Made by a program: the position numbers and the translations under genes | The notes under the pieces: generated by a model | The model's input: only the letters and a program-made list of their open reading frames with translations | Database searches by the model: none | Told to the model about the DNA's origin: nothing | Assembly (NCBI GenBank): GCA_001784555.1 | Contig: MFRM01000020.1 | Coordinates: forward strand, 101,733-165,732 | Length of the DNA stretch: 64,000 nucleotides | Reading direction: 5' to 3' | From: Candidatus Melainabacteria bacterium RIFCSPHIGHO2_02_FULL_34_12 | GTDB taxonomy: Bacteria; Cyanobacteriota; Vampirovibrionia; 2-02-FULL-35-15 | Part shown: positions 41,376-51,091 of the stretch, piece by piece | Position numbering within the stretch: position 1 is the first letter of the stretch | How the letters are laid out: each line of letters starts with the position of its first letter

Positions 41376-42194
41376 TTAAGGCGAAAATACCAGCACATTA
41401 TGTAGTGAATTTAAATCTTCAAAAAGTTTAACCTCTATGTATAAATCAGTTGCTTTACTTTTTTTCTTACTTATTCTGATTATTCTTCCTACTGGATGAC
41501 CGGAAGGATAAACAGGATTTAAACCTTTCGATGATATTCCTGATGTTACGACTACATCTCCTAACATTACTTTTGTTCCCACAGGTATAAATTCCAGAAG
41601 GCTAGTTCTATTGTTTTTACCGGACAAAATTCCCATAATGCCTTTTTTTTGAATTTTGCAACCTAGTTTATAGCTGGGATCGGAAATTAGCTGAACAATT
41701 GAAGAATGCTTACCTGCTTCTACAACTTGCCCGACAATTCCTTTTGAAGTTAAAACAGCATCTCCTTGCATTATATTTTCCTGCATGCCTTTATCTAAAA
41801 TTATTTGTTTATGCCAATTGTCTGCGCTTCTTGCAATCACACTTGAGCTTATGGTTTTATAATTTAGCTTTCGCTTTAGATTTAATTGTTCTTTTAGCTT
41901 TTTAGTTTCTTCTACTTCGTTTTCCAGCTCATAGATTTTTGTTTTAAGTATTGAAACTGTATAAGACTTTTCCTTCAGAATATTTTTTGCTTTTATAAGT
42001 TCTTCTAGGCTTGATTTACCATGGGTTATGTTTTCAAATGCACTGTTTGTAACTGAACCAAATGAATAATACAAAAACTCTCCTACTCCTTTTAATGGAC
42101 GTGACAAAACCCAGGCAATAATTAACCATAGTAATAATGTAAAAAGTGTTCTTGGATTGATGCTTTGAATAAATAAGGGCTTTTTTAGAAACAT
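41376..42194 (-). CDS. mreC: rod shape-determining protein MreC
   Basis: 272 aa; TM, coiled coil, beta-rich C-terminus; downstream of mreB; no mreD follows. Confidence 0.85.
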   Translation of the reverse strand: MFLKKPLFIQSINPRTLFTLLLWLIIAWVLSRPLKGVGEFLYYSFGSVTNSAFENITHGKSSLEELIKAKNILKEKSYTVSILKTKIYELENEVEETKKLKEQLNLKRKLNYKTISSSVIARSADNWHKQIILDKGMQENIMQGDAVLTSKGIVGQVVEAGKHSSIVQLISDPSYKLGCKIQKKGIMGILSGKNNRTSLLEFIPVGTKVMLGDVVVTSGISSKGLNPVYPSGHPVGRIIRISKKKSKATDLYIEVKLFEDLNSLHNVLVFSP

Positions 42195-42218
42195 ATCTGT
42201 TTAAAAAAGTTTTACAGA

Positions 42219-43259
42219 CTAATCATATTGGATGGATGCATCCAGTATTCTGCGCAGAGTTTTATCGATTAGTACTTTTCCTGTGCCTACAACCACACAT
42301 GAAAGAGGATCCTCGGCTATATGAACAGGTACTTCGGTTTCATGTGAAATAAGTTCATCCAAACCATGTAACAATGCGCCTCCGCCAGCAATTACTATTC
42401 CACGATCATAAATATCTGCAGCAAGTTCAGGTGGAGTTCTTTCTAAAGTTCTTTTTACTGCTTCAACAATGGCAGCTAAAGGATCCTGCATAGATTCTCT
42501 TACTTCCGGTCTTCCAATAACGACAGTTCTTGGTAAACCGTTAATTAAATTTAAGCCCCGGACTTCTAGCTTTTCGCTGTCTTCGCTTGTTTTAAATGCT
42601 GATCCCAGCCTGAATTTAATTTCTTCTGCTGTTCTTTCTCCTATTGCCAGATTATAAATTTTCTTCATATACTGCATTATGGATTCGTTCAGTTCATCGC
42701 CTGCAACTCTTATTGATTCACTTACAACAATTCCTGAGAGTGATATTACTGCAACTTCAGTAGTGCCTCCGCCAATGTCAACTATCATGCTTCCTATGGG
42801 TTCTGCTACAGGTAGTCCAGCACCGATGGCTGCTGCCATTGGTTCTTCTATCAAATAAACAGGGCCTGCTCCTGCATTTTCAGCTGCTTCCCTTACTGCT
42901 CTTCTTTCAACTTCTGTAATACCTGAAGGGATCCCAATGGCTACCCTGGGTTTGCCTAGAGGTCTTCCTATGTTACTTTTCCCGTTTACTTTGTCTATAA
43001 AATATCTAAGCATCATTTCTGCATGACGAAAATCAGCAATTACTCCGTCTCTTAATGGCCTGGTTGCCACGATATATGAAGGTGTACGACCAATCATGGC
43101 TCTTGCTTCTTCACCTACTGCAAGGACTTCTTTTGTTTCATTATTTACTGCAACTACTGAAGGTTCTCTTAAAACGATTCCTCTGTCAGACGTGCATACG
43201 AGGGTATTTGCTGTTCCTAAATCAATTCCTATATCTCTTGATAATCTTCTCCAAAACAC
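42219..43259 (-). CDS. mreB: rod shape-determining protein MreB
   Basis: 346 aa; [14 protein letters not shown], actin-fold motifs. Confidence 0.95.
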   Translation of the reverse strand: MFWRRLSRDIGIDLGTANTLVCTSDRGIVLREPSVVAVNNETKEVLAVGEEARAMIGRTPSYIVATRPLRDGVIADFRHAEMMLRYFIDKVNGKSNIGRPLGKPRVAIGIPSGITEVERRAVREAAENAGAGPVYLIEEPMAAAIGAGLPVAEPIGSMIVDIGGGTTEVAVISLSGIVVSESIRVAGDELNESIMQYMKKIYNLAIGERTAEEIKFRLGSAFKTSEDSEKLEVRGLNLINGLPRTVVIGRPEVRESMQDPLAAIVEAVKRTLERTPPELAADIYDRGIVIAGGGALLHGLDELISHETEVPVHIAEDPLSCVVVGTGKVLIDKTLRRILDASIQYD

Positions 43260-43405
43260 TGTTTTTACTTCCTTACTATTTTTAGTGATTAATTTTATAT
43301 TTGTTTATTTTACTTTTTGTTCAGTGCTTCATGAATGAACATAAGTTATAATCTAGTGTACATTGAATTTCTTTATGTAAGCAACCTAAAAAAGAAGATC
43401 ACTAA

Positions 43406-44278
43406 ATGACATTAAGTCAAGCACTAAGTAATGGAAAATTTATTATTACCTGTGAATTGGCTCCACCAAAAGGTACAGACGTATCGAATCTCATGAAAAT
43501 GGCGTCATCACTTAAAAATCAGGTTGATGCAGTAAATCTTACAGATGGTCAGGGAGGAAATATGAGAATGTCTCCTTTGGCTGCTGCAGTTTTTTTACTT
43601 AAAGAAAATCTGGATGTTATTTGGCAAGTAACTTGTAGGGACAGAAACAGAATTGCACTTCAAGCTGATTGTCTGGGTGCAAGTGCAATAGGAATAAGAA
43701 ATGTTCTGCCTATGCGTGGAGATGATCCAAAGTCCGGAGATCATCCTGATGCAAAACCTGTTTTTGATCTTGAAACCACAGAACTTATAAAAGTTCTAAA
43801 GCAGCTTAATGAAGGTTTTGATATGGTCGGCAATCCACTTAAAGGAAAAACAAATTTATTGTTCGGCTGTACAGCACACCCAAATGCCCCAGATTTAAAA
43901 AAACAAAAAGAAACTTTAGAGGAAAGATTTAAACTTGGAGCAGGTTTTATTCAAACACAAATCTGCTATGAAACTGAACAAATAAAAAAATTTATTGAGT
44001 CATTAGGTGAACTTGCTAAGAAAACCATACTAGGAATTACACCTTTAAAGAGCTTAAAAATGGCAAACTTCATGAATGAAAAAGTCTTCGGTGTTTCAGT
44101 TCCTAAAAATATTATGGAAAGAATTGAAAAGGCTGGCGAGCAAAGAGCAGAAGGCCTTCTCGTAGCAAAAGAAATTGTAAATGAAATTAAAAAAACTAAT
44201 ATTGGTGGTATTCATGTTATGGCTGTAGGACAGGAAAATGCTCTGCCTGAAATTATAAAGTTTTTAACTGATACATAA
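43406..44278 (+). CDS. metF: 5,10-methylenetetrahydrofolate reductase
   Basis: 290 aa; FIITCELAPPKG..AVNLTDG... MTHFR fold. Confidence 0.85.
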   Translation: MTLSQALSNGKFIITCELAPPKGTDVSNLMKMASSLKNQVDAVNLTDGQGGNMRMSPLAAAVFLLKENLDVIWQVTCRDRNRIALQADCLGASAIGIRNVLPMRGDDPKSGDHPDAKPVFDLETTELIKVLKQLNEGFDMVGNPLKGKTNLLFGCTAHPNAPDLKKQKETLEERFKLGAGFIQTQICYETEQIKKFIESLGELAKKTILGITPLKSLKMANFMNEKVFGVSVPKNIMERIEKAGEQRAEGLLVAKEIVNEIKKTNIGGIHVMAVGQENALPEIIKFLTDT

Positions 44279-44373
44279 CCTTTCTTTTTAGGTCGGTTGG
44301 GGTTGCCCCTAAGTAATGAACCTTAAGAAAGTGAATATTTAAGTATGAAAATCAGTTTAATTTGGATGAGGAT

Positions 44374-44586
44374 ATGAGATTTCTTACTTTCTTATTAGTG
44401 TTATTTTCAGCTTTTTTATACTTAAGCATTATGCCTTCATATGCTGAAGATCCTGAAGATCCTTGCGTTGAAAAATGTAAAAGTGCAGAATATAGTTCCG
44501 GGCATATAAGTGAAGAAGGAACTAGTAGCTGTAATGAAAATGAAGATGTAGTGGAAACAATTTGTTGTTGCAGTCCAAAAAAATAA
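44374..44586 (+). CDS. small secreted cysteine-rich protein, paralog 1 (6 Cys, C-terminal CCC)
   Basis: Start at internal ATG 44374 with GAGGA RBS; signal peptide cleaved at ...SYA/EDPEDP; mature ~46 aa, acidic; C-x3-C-x19-C-x13-CCC. Confidence 0.65.
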   Translation: MRFLTFLLVLFSAFLYLSIMPSYAEDPEDPCVEKCKSAEYSSGHISEEGTSSCNENEDVVETICCCSPKK

Positions 44587-44611
44587 GTTAGCTTAATAAA
44601 GCGGAGGAAAA

Positions 44612-44827
44612 ATGTCAAAAGTTATAGGAATAATTTTAACGGTAGTTATGATCTTTACATGGACTTATTCTCCAACATTTGCTGAAGATTCTACTGATGA
44701 ATTGTGTAATCAGTTTTGTACGGATAAAGAAAAATTTGAAACAAAATATAAATCAGGCAAAATGAAACCTGTAGATGGTAAATGTGCAGAAGGTGAAGAA
44801 GAACAAGATCTTTGCTGTTGTAAATAG
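44612..44827 (+). CDS. small secreted cysteine-rich protein, paralog 2 (6 Cys, C-terminal CCC)
   Basis: GGAGGA RBS 7 nt upstream; signal peptide ...TFA/EDSTDE; same Cys spacing and CCC(K) C-terminus as paralog 1. Confidence 0.65.
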   Translation: MSKVIGIILTVVMIFTWTYSPTFAEDSTDELCNQFCTDKEKFETKYKSGKMKPVDGKCAEGEEEQDLCCCK

Positions 44828-44851
44828 TTAGGTTATATCTGAAATATAATA

Positions 44852-44888
44852 TAGGGGGCATGCTATAGCATGCCCCCTACGTGTTTTT
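44852..44888 (+). terminator. intrinsic terminator built from a perfect 28-bp palindrome
   Basis: TAGGGGGCATGC-TATA-GCATGCCCCCTA followed by CGTGTTTTTCC; termini resemble the GTAGAG...CTCTAC family. Confidence 0.6.
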
Positions 44889-44933
44889 CCTGATAAAATG
44901 TTCTACTGAACAGGAGAAGGGTTATGGACTAAA

Positions 44934-45530
44934 ATGAAATATACAAAACCATTATTAAAACTGATAGAAGAATTCCAAAAATTCCCCGGAGTAGGTCCAA
45001 AATCAGCCCAGAGAATGGCATTTCATGTGTTAAATCAAGATATACAGCAAATCGAAGAATTTTCAAAAGTAATTCTGGCTGCAAAAACCCAGATTAAAAA
45101 ATGTTCTGTTTGTAAAAACTTAAGTGCGGATGATCCTTGTGAAATTTGCTCTGCCTCAAGCAGGGATAAGAAAATTATTTGCGTGGTTTCTGAATCTAAG
45201 GCTCTGATTGCCATAGAAAGAACCAATGAATTTAAAGGTGCATATCATGTGCTTGGCGGTTTAATTTCACCCATAGACGGCATAGGTCCTGATAACCTTA
45301 CTATAAAAGATTTATTAAGCAGACTTGGAAAAAATGAGGTAAGAGAAGTAATAGTTGCACTGGATACAAGCATAGAAGGAGAAGCTACTACTTTATATTT
45401 ACATAGGCTCCTTTCTCCTTTATGCAGTAAAATTACCCGTCTTGGTTTTGGTTTAGCTGTGGGTACTGAGCTGGAATATGCTGATGAGTTAACACTGGCA
45501 AGGGCACTAGAGAATAGAACGGAAATTTAA
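44934..45530 (+). CDS. recR: recombination protein RecR
   Basis: 198 aa; HhH (FPGVGPKSAQRMA), C4 zinc finger, Toprim. Confidence 0.92.
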   Translation: MKYTKPLLKLIEEFQKFPGVGPKSAQRMAFHVLNQDIQQIEEFSKVILAAKTQIKKCSVCKNLSADDPCEICSASSRDKKIICVVSESKALIAIERTNEFKGAYHVLGGLISPIDGIGPDNLTIKDLLSRLGKNEVREVIVALDTSIEGEATTLYLHRLLSPLCSKITRLGFGLAVGTELEYADELTLARALENRTEI

Positions 45531-45550
45531 TGTTGTATTATTGATCTGAT

Positions 45551-46381
45551 ATGAAAACAGTAAAACTAAAAAACATAACATGGGGCGACGGAGAAGCATT
45601 ACCGTTAATTGCAGGTCCTTGTGTTATTGAAAATCGTGACATTGTTTTTAGAACTGCAGAAAAATTAAAAACCATCTGCACTAAACTAAAAATACCTTTT
45701 ATTTTTAAATCATCATATGATAAAGCAAATCGCACATCTATAGACAGCTTTAGAGGACATGGAATAGAAGAAGGACTTACGATATTAAATGAAGTAAAAA
45801 AACAGTTTGATGTTTTTGTTTTATCTGATGTTCATGAAATTAGTGAAATTAATCTTGTAAAAGATGTTCTGGATATTATTCAGATACCTGCGTTTTTATG
45901 CAGACAGACTAATTTAATCGTAGAAGCTGCTAAAACCGGTAAGGTCGTAAACATTAAAAAGGGGCAATTCCTGGCACCTGACGATGTAGTTAACATAGTA
46001 AAAAAAGCATATGCCGTTGGGAATGAAAATATACTTATGACTGAAAGAGGAACTACATTTGGTTACCATAATCTAGTGGTAGACATGAGAACTTTTGACA
46101 TTATTCATAAATCAGGCATTCCTGTAATTTTTGATTCTACACATTCAGTTCAATTACCTGGCGGTGGCGGAGATAAGTCATCCGGACAAAGAGAGTTTAT
46201 TCCTTCATTACTTAAAGCTGCAGTTGCTGCAGGATGTGATGGCATCTTTATGGAAACGCATCCAGACCCGGATTCAGCCTTAAGTGACGGGCCTAATATG
46301 ATGCCGCTGGATAAGGTGGAAGATTTACTTAGAGATGCACTCAGGATAAAAGAAGTATTAAAAAAGACCAGTGTCAGATAA
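45551..46381 (+). CDS. kdsA: 3-deoxy-8-phosphooctulonate synthase
   Basis: 276 aa; LIAGPCVIE, KSSYDKANRTS, DSTHSVQLPGG motifs. Confidence 0.9.
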   Translation: MKTVKLKNITWGDGEALPLIAGPCVIENRDIVFRTAEKLKTICTKLKIPFIFKSSYDKANRTSIDSFRGHGIEEGLTILNEVKKQFDVFVLSDVHEISEINLVKDVLDIIQIPAFLCRQTNLIVEAAKTGKVVNIKKGQFLAPDDVVNIVKKAYAVGNENILMTERGTTFGYHNLVVDMRTFDIIHKSGIPVIFDSTHSVQLPGGGGDKSSGQREFIPSLLKAAVAAGCDGIFMETHPDPDSALSDGPNMMPLDKVEDLLRDALRIKEVLKKTSVR

Positions 46382-46409
46382 GAATATCCAAAACTCAGAG
46401 CCAATAGTT

Positions 46410-47114
46410 ATGGTCAGAAACCTGACTAAGTCTTTTGGTAAAAAGAAAGTTCTGGATAATGTAAGCTTTAATATATATCAGAACGAAATTGTTTTAATAA
46501 TAGGATTTTCCGGAACGGGTAAGTCTACGTTGCTTAAATTAATATGCGGACTTGAAGAACCTGATTCAGGTGAAGTTATTTTAAAAACTGATCACCTGGG
46601 AATGGTTTTTCAGGGAGCAGCTTTATTTGACTCGATGACGGTTTTTGAGAATATTGCTTTTCCTCTTGTTAATCAGACTAAGAAAATTTCTGCTGATGAA
46701 ATAAATACTAAAGTAATGGAAAAATTAAAAATGGTTGGTTTGTCTGAAGTGGAAAATTTGCGACCTGATGAGCTGTCAGGAGGTATGAAAAAACGAGTTG
46801 GTTTTGCCCGGGCAATCATTAATAATCCTAAGGTTATTCTTTATGATGAACCTACCGGTGGTCTGGATCCAGTAGTTTCAAATGTAATCGTGGATTATAT
46901 TTTAAAGCTTCAGAAAGAATTAAATGCTTCAAGTATTTTAGTTACTCATAATTTAAATGTTATAAAGAAAATTCCAGCCCGTGTTATTTTAATTTATGAT
47001 GCTCAAATAGTCTGGGAAGGAAATTCTTCGGAATTATTTAGCTCAGACGACCCATATGCAAAACAATTCCGTGAAGGTGCAGCAAAAGGTCCTATGGTGG
47101 TTATAAAGGAATAG
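46410..47114 (+). CDS. ABC transporter ATP-binding protein, MlaF-like
   Basis: Start placed at ATG 46410 (MVRNLTKSFG); Walker A GFSGTGKST, short Q-loop segment GMVFQ, LSGGMKKR, Walker B ILYDEP. Confidence 0.75.
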   Translation: MVRNLTKSFGKKKVLDNVSFNIYQNEIVLIIGFSGTGKSTLLKLICGLEEPDSGEVILKTDHLGMVFQGAALFDSMTVFENIAFPLVNQTKKISADEINTKVMEKLKMVGLSEVENLRPDELSGGMKKRVGFARAIINNPKVILYDEPTGGLDPVVSNVIVDYILKLQKELNASSILVTHNLNVIKKIPARVILIYDAQIVWEGNSSELFSSDDPYAKQFREGAAKGPMVVIKE

Positions 47115-47115
47115 T

Positions 47116-47784
47116 TTAATTAAACCTATCTCCTGCTGCCACAGTTAATCCTGTAATTTTAATTTCTGGATAAGTTTCATGTATGGTTTTTGAGAGTTCA
47201 CATAAGGTACTTCCTGAAGTCAGGATATCATCGATTAATAAAATGCTTTTTGTCGGCACGAAGTTTCTAGTTAATTCAAATGCGTCTTTAATATTTTTTT
47301 GTCTTTCTTCCAGATTTTCAAGCTTGTTCATGAAGCTTGTTTCTTTTTTTCTTATCACAAAATTATCTATAAACTTTAATAACTGCAATTTTGCAAATTC
47401 TTCTGCAATTAAAGAAGTTTGACAATATCCTCTTTCTTTTATTCTTTTTTTGCTGGAAGGAACTGCTATAACTATGGCCCCCTTAGTAATGCTTGAAATA
47501 TTGATTTCATTCCAAAAGCCATGAATCTTTTGAGCAAAATATTTTGCCAGTTTCTTTTTTCCGTTTTTTAGTTCTATTATTCCGGATCTTAAATTACCTT
47601 CATAGTATCCCCAACTGAATATTTCTAAATTATATTCTTTAAATGACTTTAAGTGGTTTTCTTTTCTTTCCAGGAAACTACTCTCGCAATTTAAACATAC
47701 GAATAAATCTTTTGCTCCCTGATTACATACAAGACATGAGTTCTCGTAAATTAAGTGAAAAAAATTTGACAGGAAATGTGCCAT
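47116..47784 (-). CDS. comF: ComF family protein (PRTase domain with N-terminal zinc ribbon)
   Basis: 222 aa; CLVC..C..C N-terminus, LLIDDILTSGSTL PRTase motif. Confidence 0.75.
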   Translation of the reverse strand: MAHFLSNFFHLIYENSCLVCNQGAKDLFVCLNCESSFLERKENHLKSFKEYNLEIFSWGYYEGNLRSGIIELKNGKKKLAKYFAQKIHGFWNEINISSITKGAIVIAVPSSKKRIKERGYCQTSLIAEEFAKLQLLKFIDNFVIRKKETSFMNKLENLEERQKNIKDAFELTRNFVPTKSILLIDDILTSGSTLCELSKTIHETYPEIKITGLTVAAGDRFN

Positions 47785-47832
47785 AGCATAAATAATTATA
47801 TTAAATAGGTATTAATTACAATTACTGGCTGT

Positions 47833-48486
47833 TTAAGAGTTCTGTGATTTTTTGCTGTGTTCTGAAAGTCTCTTTAGGACTTGCATTAAGGATTCAATTT
47901 CATCTGAAAATGCAAGGGTTAATTCCTGTCCAGTCTTAAGCAGATAGTTATAATCATTACTTCTAAGCTTATACCCAGCAGTAATAAGGTCGATTAAGAT
48001 ATCTGGCTTCAACTGGTTTTTTTTAATTACATTAATCAAATTTGAAAAGTTTTCAGTTAACCTAAGAATATCTTTTTCATTTATTTCATATACAAAATCA
48101 TGAATTGCCATTGGTTTTAAGGGGGTATACAGCAATATTTCCTCATCTTTTTCCCCATAAGCAAATAAGTAAATCTCAAGTTCTTTTCTTAAGAGTTCAT
48201 AGACTTGCGGCTGAAGCTCGGCAAGTTGTTTGTAATTTAAACCAAGTGCTGAGGGTTTGTGAATGTTGTCCAGGCTTGAGTTATTGATTTTTGTTATGAG
48301 TCCGTAAGATGCATGGGAATTGTCATACGAGCTTGCTATTTTAGCGATGGATCCTCTGAAGATGCCTTTTTTATGAGCTTTAGAGTTTGATTCTTTATAG
48401 CACTGAGCAATAACCATTTCACTGGTGGAATATATTACCTCGGCAAACGGCTCATCAACAGGTTTTTGGGTGGCTATCAAAGTCAT
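47833..48486 (-). CDS. hypothetical protein (217 aa)
   Basis: Clean ORF co-directional with comF; no motif recognised. Confidence 0.5.
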   Translation of the reverse strand: MTLIATQKPVDEPFAEVIYSTSEMVIAQCYKESNSKAHKKGIFRGSIAKIASSYDNSHASYGLITKINNSSLDNIHKPSALGLNYKQLAELQPQVYELLRKELEIYLFAYGEKDEEILLYTPLKPMAIHDFVYEINEKDILRLTENFSNLINVIKKNQLKPDILIDLITAGYKLRSNDYNYLLKTGQELTLAFSDEIESLMQVLKRLSEHSKKSQNS

Positions 48487-48674
48487 TCTTATAATGTAAC
48501 AGATTTAAAACTATTGTGCAAAATTTTTGAAGACACTCTTGACTAAGATTACAATGTTTGTCATACTTCAATGTGGTTATTGGACATCCCAATTAAACCC
48601 TGATAAACAAAGGCTTTTAAAAACAGCAAACAGTTTTTAAAGGCCTGTAAAATACAAACAAGGAGGATCTTTAA

Positions 48675-49043
48675 ATGAATAAATCAGAATTGATAGATGC
48701 AGTTTCAAGAGCAACTGGACTGTCAAAAGCAGATGTAGATCGTGCACTAAAAGGTACTATCTATAATATTTCAGCAGCACTTGCACGTGGAGAAAAAGTC
48801 ACATTCGTAGGCTTTGGTACTTTTGAAAGACGCCAAAGAAAAGCAAGAATGGGCGTTAATCCACAAAGACCTACTGAAAAAATTAAGATTCCTGCAAAGA
48901 AAGCTCCAGCATTTTCTGCAGGTTCTGAATTAAAAGCAGCAGTAGCAAGCGGCAGATGCCCAAAGTTAACTGTTGAAGCTAAAAAGCCAACGATTTCTAA
49001 ATCAAAGACTAATTCAAAGAAGTCTGGCAAAAGAAGCAGATAA
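48675..49043 (+). CDS. hup: HU-family DNA-binding protein with Lys/Ala-rich C-terminal extension
   Basis: 122 aa; HU core MNKSELIDAV...GFGTFE.R.R.AR.GVNP.....I.IPA; ~30-aa basic tail. Confidence 0.9.
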   Translation: MNKSELIDAVSRATGLSKADVDRALKGTIYNISAALARGEKVTFVGFGTFERRQRKARMGVNPQRPTEKIKIPAKKAPAFSAGSELKAAVASGRCPKLTVEAKKPTISKSKTNSKKSGKRSR

Positions 49044-49064
49044 AGTTAATTGACGATATACATA

Positions 49065-49101
49065 AGAGGGGTTTTGATTAATCAAAATCCCTCTTTCTTT
49101 T
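49065..49101 (+). terminator. intrinsic terminator after hup
   Basis: AGAGGGGTTTTGA-TTAA-TCAAAATCCCTCT then TTCTTTT. Confidence 0.65.
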
Positions 49102-49117
49102 ATATACTTTTATAGTT

Positions 49118-49573
49118 ATGGAAAAGGAAAATAAAAAAATTGCAATTGGAGCAGATCATGCAGGCTTCGAATTAAAAGAAAAAATAAAAAATGTTTTACA
49201 TGAAATGGGATATGAAGTTGTTGATCTGGGAACTAATTCTACTGATTCAGTTGATTATCCTTTAATAGCAAAATCAGTTGCAACTCATGTTGCAGGAAAA
49301 AATCCTGATAAAGGAATATTAATTTGTGGAACCGGCATTGGAATGTCTATTGCTGCAAATAAAGTCAGAGGAATTATTGCAGCTAATTGTTACGATGCAG
49401 AAACTGCAAAATTATCCAGACAGCACAATAATTCAAACATTCTTACTTTAGGAGGAAGAACTACTACGTTTGATACTGCTAAGGATATAGTTAAGGTATG
49501 GCTTGAGACTGATTTTGAAGGTGGAAGACACCAAAGACGTATCCAGGAAATAAGAGACCTTGAAAAAAAATAA
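49118..49573 (+). CDS. rpiB: ribose-5-phosphate isomerase B
   Basis: 151 aa; KIAIGADHAGFELK, CGTGIGMSIAANK. Confidence 0.9.
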   Translation: MEKENKKIAIGADHAGFELKEKIKNVLHEMGYEVVDLGTNSTDSVDYPLIAKSVATHVAGKNPDKGILICGTGIGMSIAANKVRGIIAANCYDAETAKLSRQHNNSNILTLGGRTTTFDTAKDIVKVWLETDFEGGRHQRRIQEIRDLEKK

Positions 49574-49603
49574 GTAAGGGTAAACTATCTGCCCAATAAA
49601 AAA

Positions 49604-50515
49604 ATGAAAAAAAAAGCATTAATTACCGGTGGAGCTGGATTTATAGGATCTCATGTAAAAGACGAGCTTAAAAAATTAAATTTTGAGATTTTATCTGTAG
49701 GAAGAAATAAAAAAGAAGATGTTCAAGCTGATTTTAAGGCTCCAGAATTTAAAAATATAATTTTAGATTTTATGCCTGATGTTGTATGTCACTTTGGAAG
49801 CGGTTCAAATATAGCAAGAGCAGAAGAAAATAAAGAAAAAGAATTTGAAGATACTGTTCTGTCTACTCAAGTTCTTATTAAATATCTGCTTGAATTAAAA
49901 AAGAAACCTGAAAAAATAATATATTTATCTACTCAGGCAGTCTATGGATGTTCAGATATTCTGTCTGTAGGCGAATCACATGAAGTTAAACCAGTTACTG
50001 CATATGGTGAAAATAAACTTAAAGCAGAAAATATAATAATTAACAGTAATCTTAATTACATTATTTTTAGGATATCCAGTGTTTATGGAGCCACTCAGGA
50101 TTATTTAAAATCAGGTGTCATTGCAAAGTTTGTTAACCGAATGAAAAATAATCAAAGCCCTATAGTATTTAACAGTATTGATAATTTTTCAGATTTTATT
50201 TATATCGATGATGTTGTAAATGGCATTATGAAAGGGATTACTTCAGGTGATGAAGTAAAAAATGAGATTTTTAATTTAGCTTCAGGTAAGCCAACTACCT
50301 TAAGAGAAGTCCTGGATATTTTATATGGTTATTTCCCTTCTGTTTTACAACCAGAACTTCAAATTAATACCTTATATCCTGGGAAAAACAGTAAAGGAAT
50401 TTATCTGGATATTAAGAAGATTAAGTCTAAGTTACAATGGGATTGCAAATATAATATAGAAGATGGATTAGCTAGCATGCTGAAAACCATGTCCCTTCTT
50501 GAAAATGTCAGATAA
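49604..50515 (+). CDS. NAD-dependent sugar epimerase/dehydratase (SDR extended family)
   Basis: 303 aa; ITGGAGFIGSH Rossmann, YxxxK (YGENK). Confidence 0.8.
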   Translation: MKKKALITGGAGFIGSHVKDELKKLNFEILSVGRNKKEDVQADFKAPEFKNIILDFMPDVVCHFGSGSNIARAEENKEKEFEDTVLSTQVLIKYLLELKKKPEKIIYLSTQAVYGCSDILSVGESHEVKPVTAYGENKLKAENIIINSNLNYIIFRISSVYGATQDYLKSGVIAKFVNRMKNNQSPIVFNSIDNFSDFIYIDDVVNGIMKGITSGDEVKNEIFNLASGKPTTLREVLDILYGYFPSVLQPELQINTLYPGKNSKGIYLDIKKIKSKLQWDCKYNIEDGLASMLKTMSLLENVR

Positions 50516-50518
50516 AAT

Positions 50519-51091
50519 ATGAGTTTGTTTTTTAAAAGAATTATCGATGTAATTTTTTCCATGATTGGGATTTTAATTTTTTTGCTTTTGTGGATAATTA
50601 TTACTTTTCTTATTAAACTTGATTCCAGAGGTCCGGTTTTTTATAGGCATCTGAGAGTTGGAAAAGATGGCAAAGAGTTTGTATGTTTTAAATTCAGATC
50701 AATGAGAGTTAATTCTGACCAAAATAAACTTGTAAGTGATCCAAAAGATGATAGAGTAACTAGGACTGGATATCTTTTAAGAAAAACCAGTCTGGATGAA
50801 ACTCCACAACTCATAAATGTTTTAATCGGAGATATGTCTGTAGTAGGACCCAGACCTGCATTGCCTTCTCAGGTAAAAGAATTCTCCGGGAGTGATTTTG
50901 ATAAACTTCTTGTAAAACCTGGACTTACCGGCTGGACTCAGGTAAACGGAAGAAACTCAATACCGTATGAAAAAAGACTGGAGCTGGATGGATGGTATGC
51001 AAAAAACTGGAATTTATTACTTGATTTAAGGATTCTCTTTAAGACATTATTTGTTTTATTGAAGCAGGAAGGAATATATGATGTTAAATAA
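50519..51091 (+). CDS. bacterial sugar transferase (polyprenyl-phosphate hexose-1-phosphate transferase, PglC/WbaP C-terminal type)
   Basis: 190 aa; single N-terminal TM, KFRSM, VGPRPALP motifs. Confidence 0.8.
   Translation: MSLFFKRIIDVIFSMIGILIFLLLWIIITFLIKLDSRGPVFYRHLRVGKDGKEFVCFKFRSMRVNSDQNKLVSDPKDDRVTRTGYLLRKTSLDETPQLINVLIGDMSVVGPRPALPSQVKEFSGSDFDKLLVKPGLTGWTQVNGRNSIPYEKRLELDGWYAKNWNLLLDLRILFKTLFVLLKQEGIYDVK

Noticed and set aside
44352-44618. 88-aa - strand ORF overlapping the first Cys-rich peptide gene
   Set aside because: Antisense to two RBS-equipped, signal-peptide-bearing paralogs; no features of its own.
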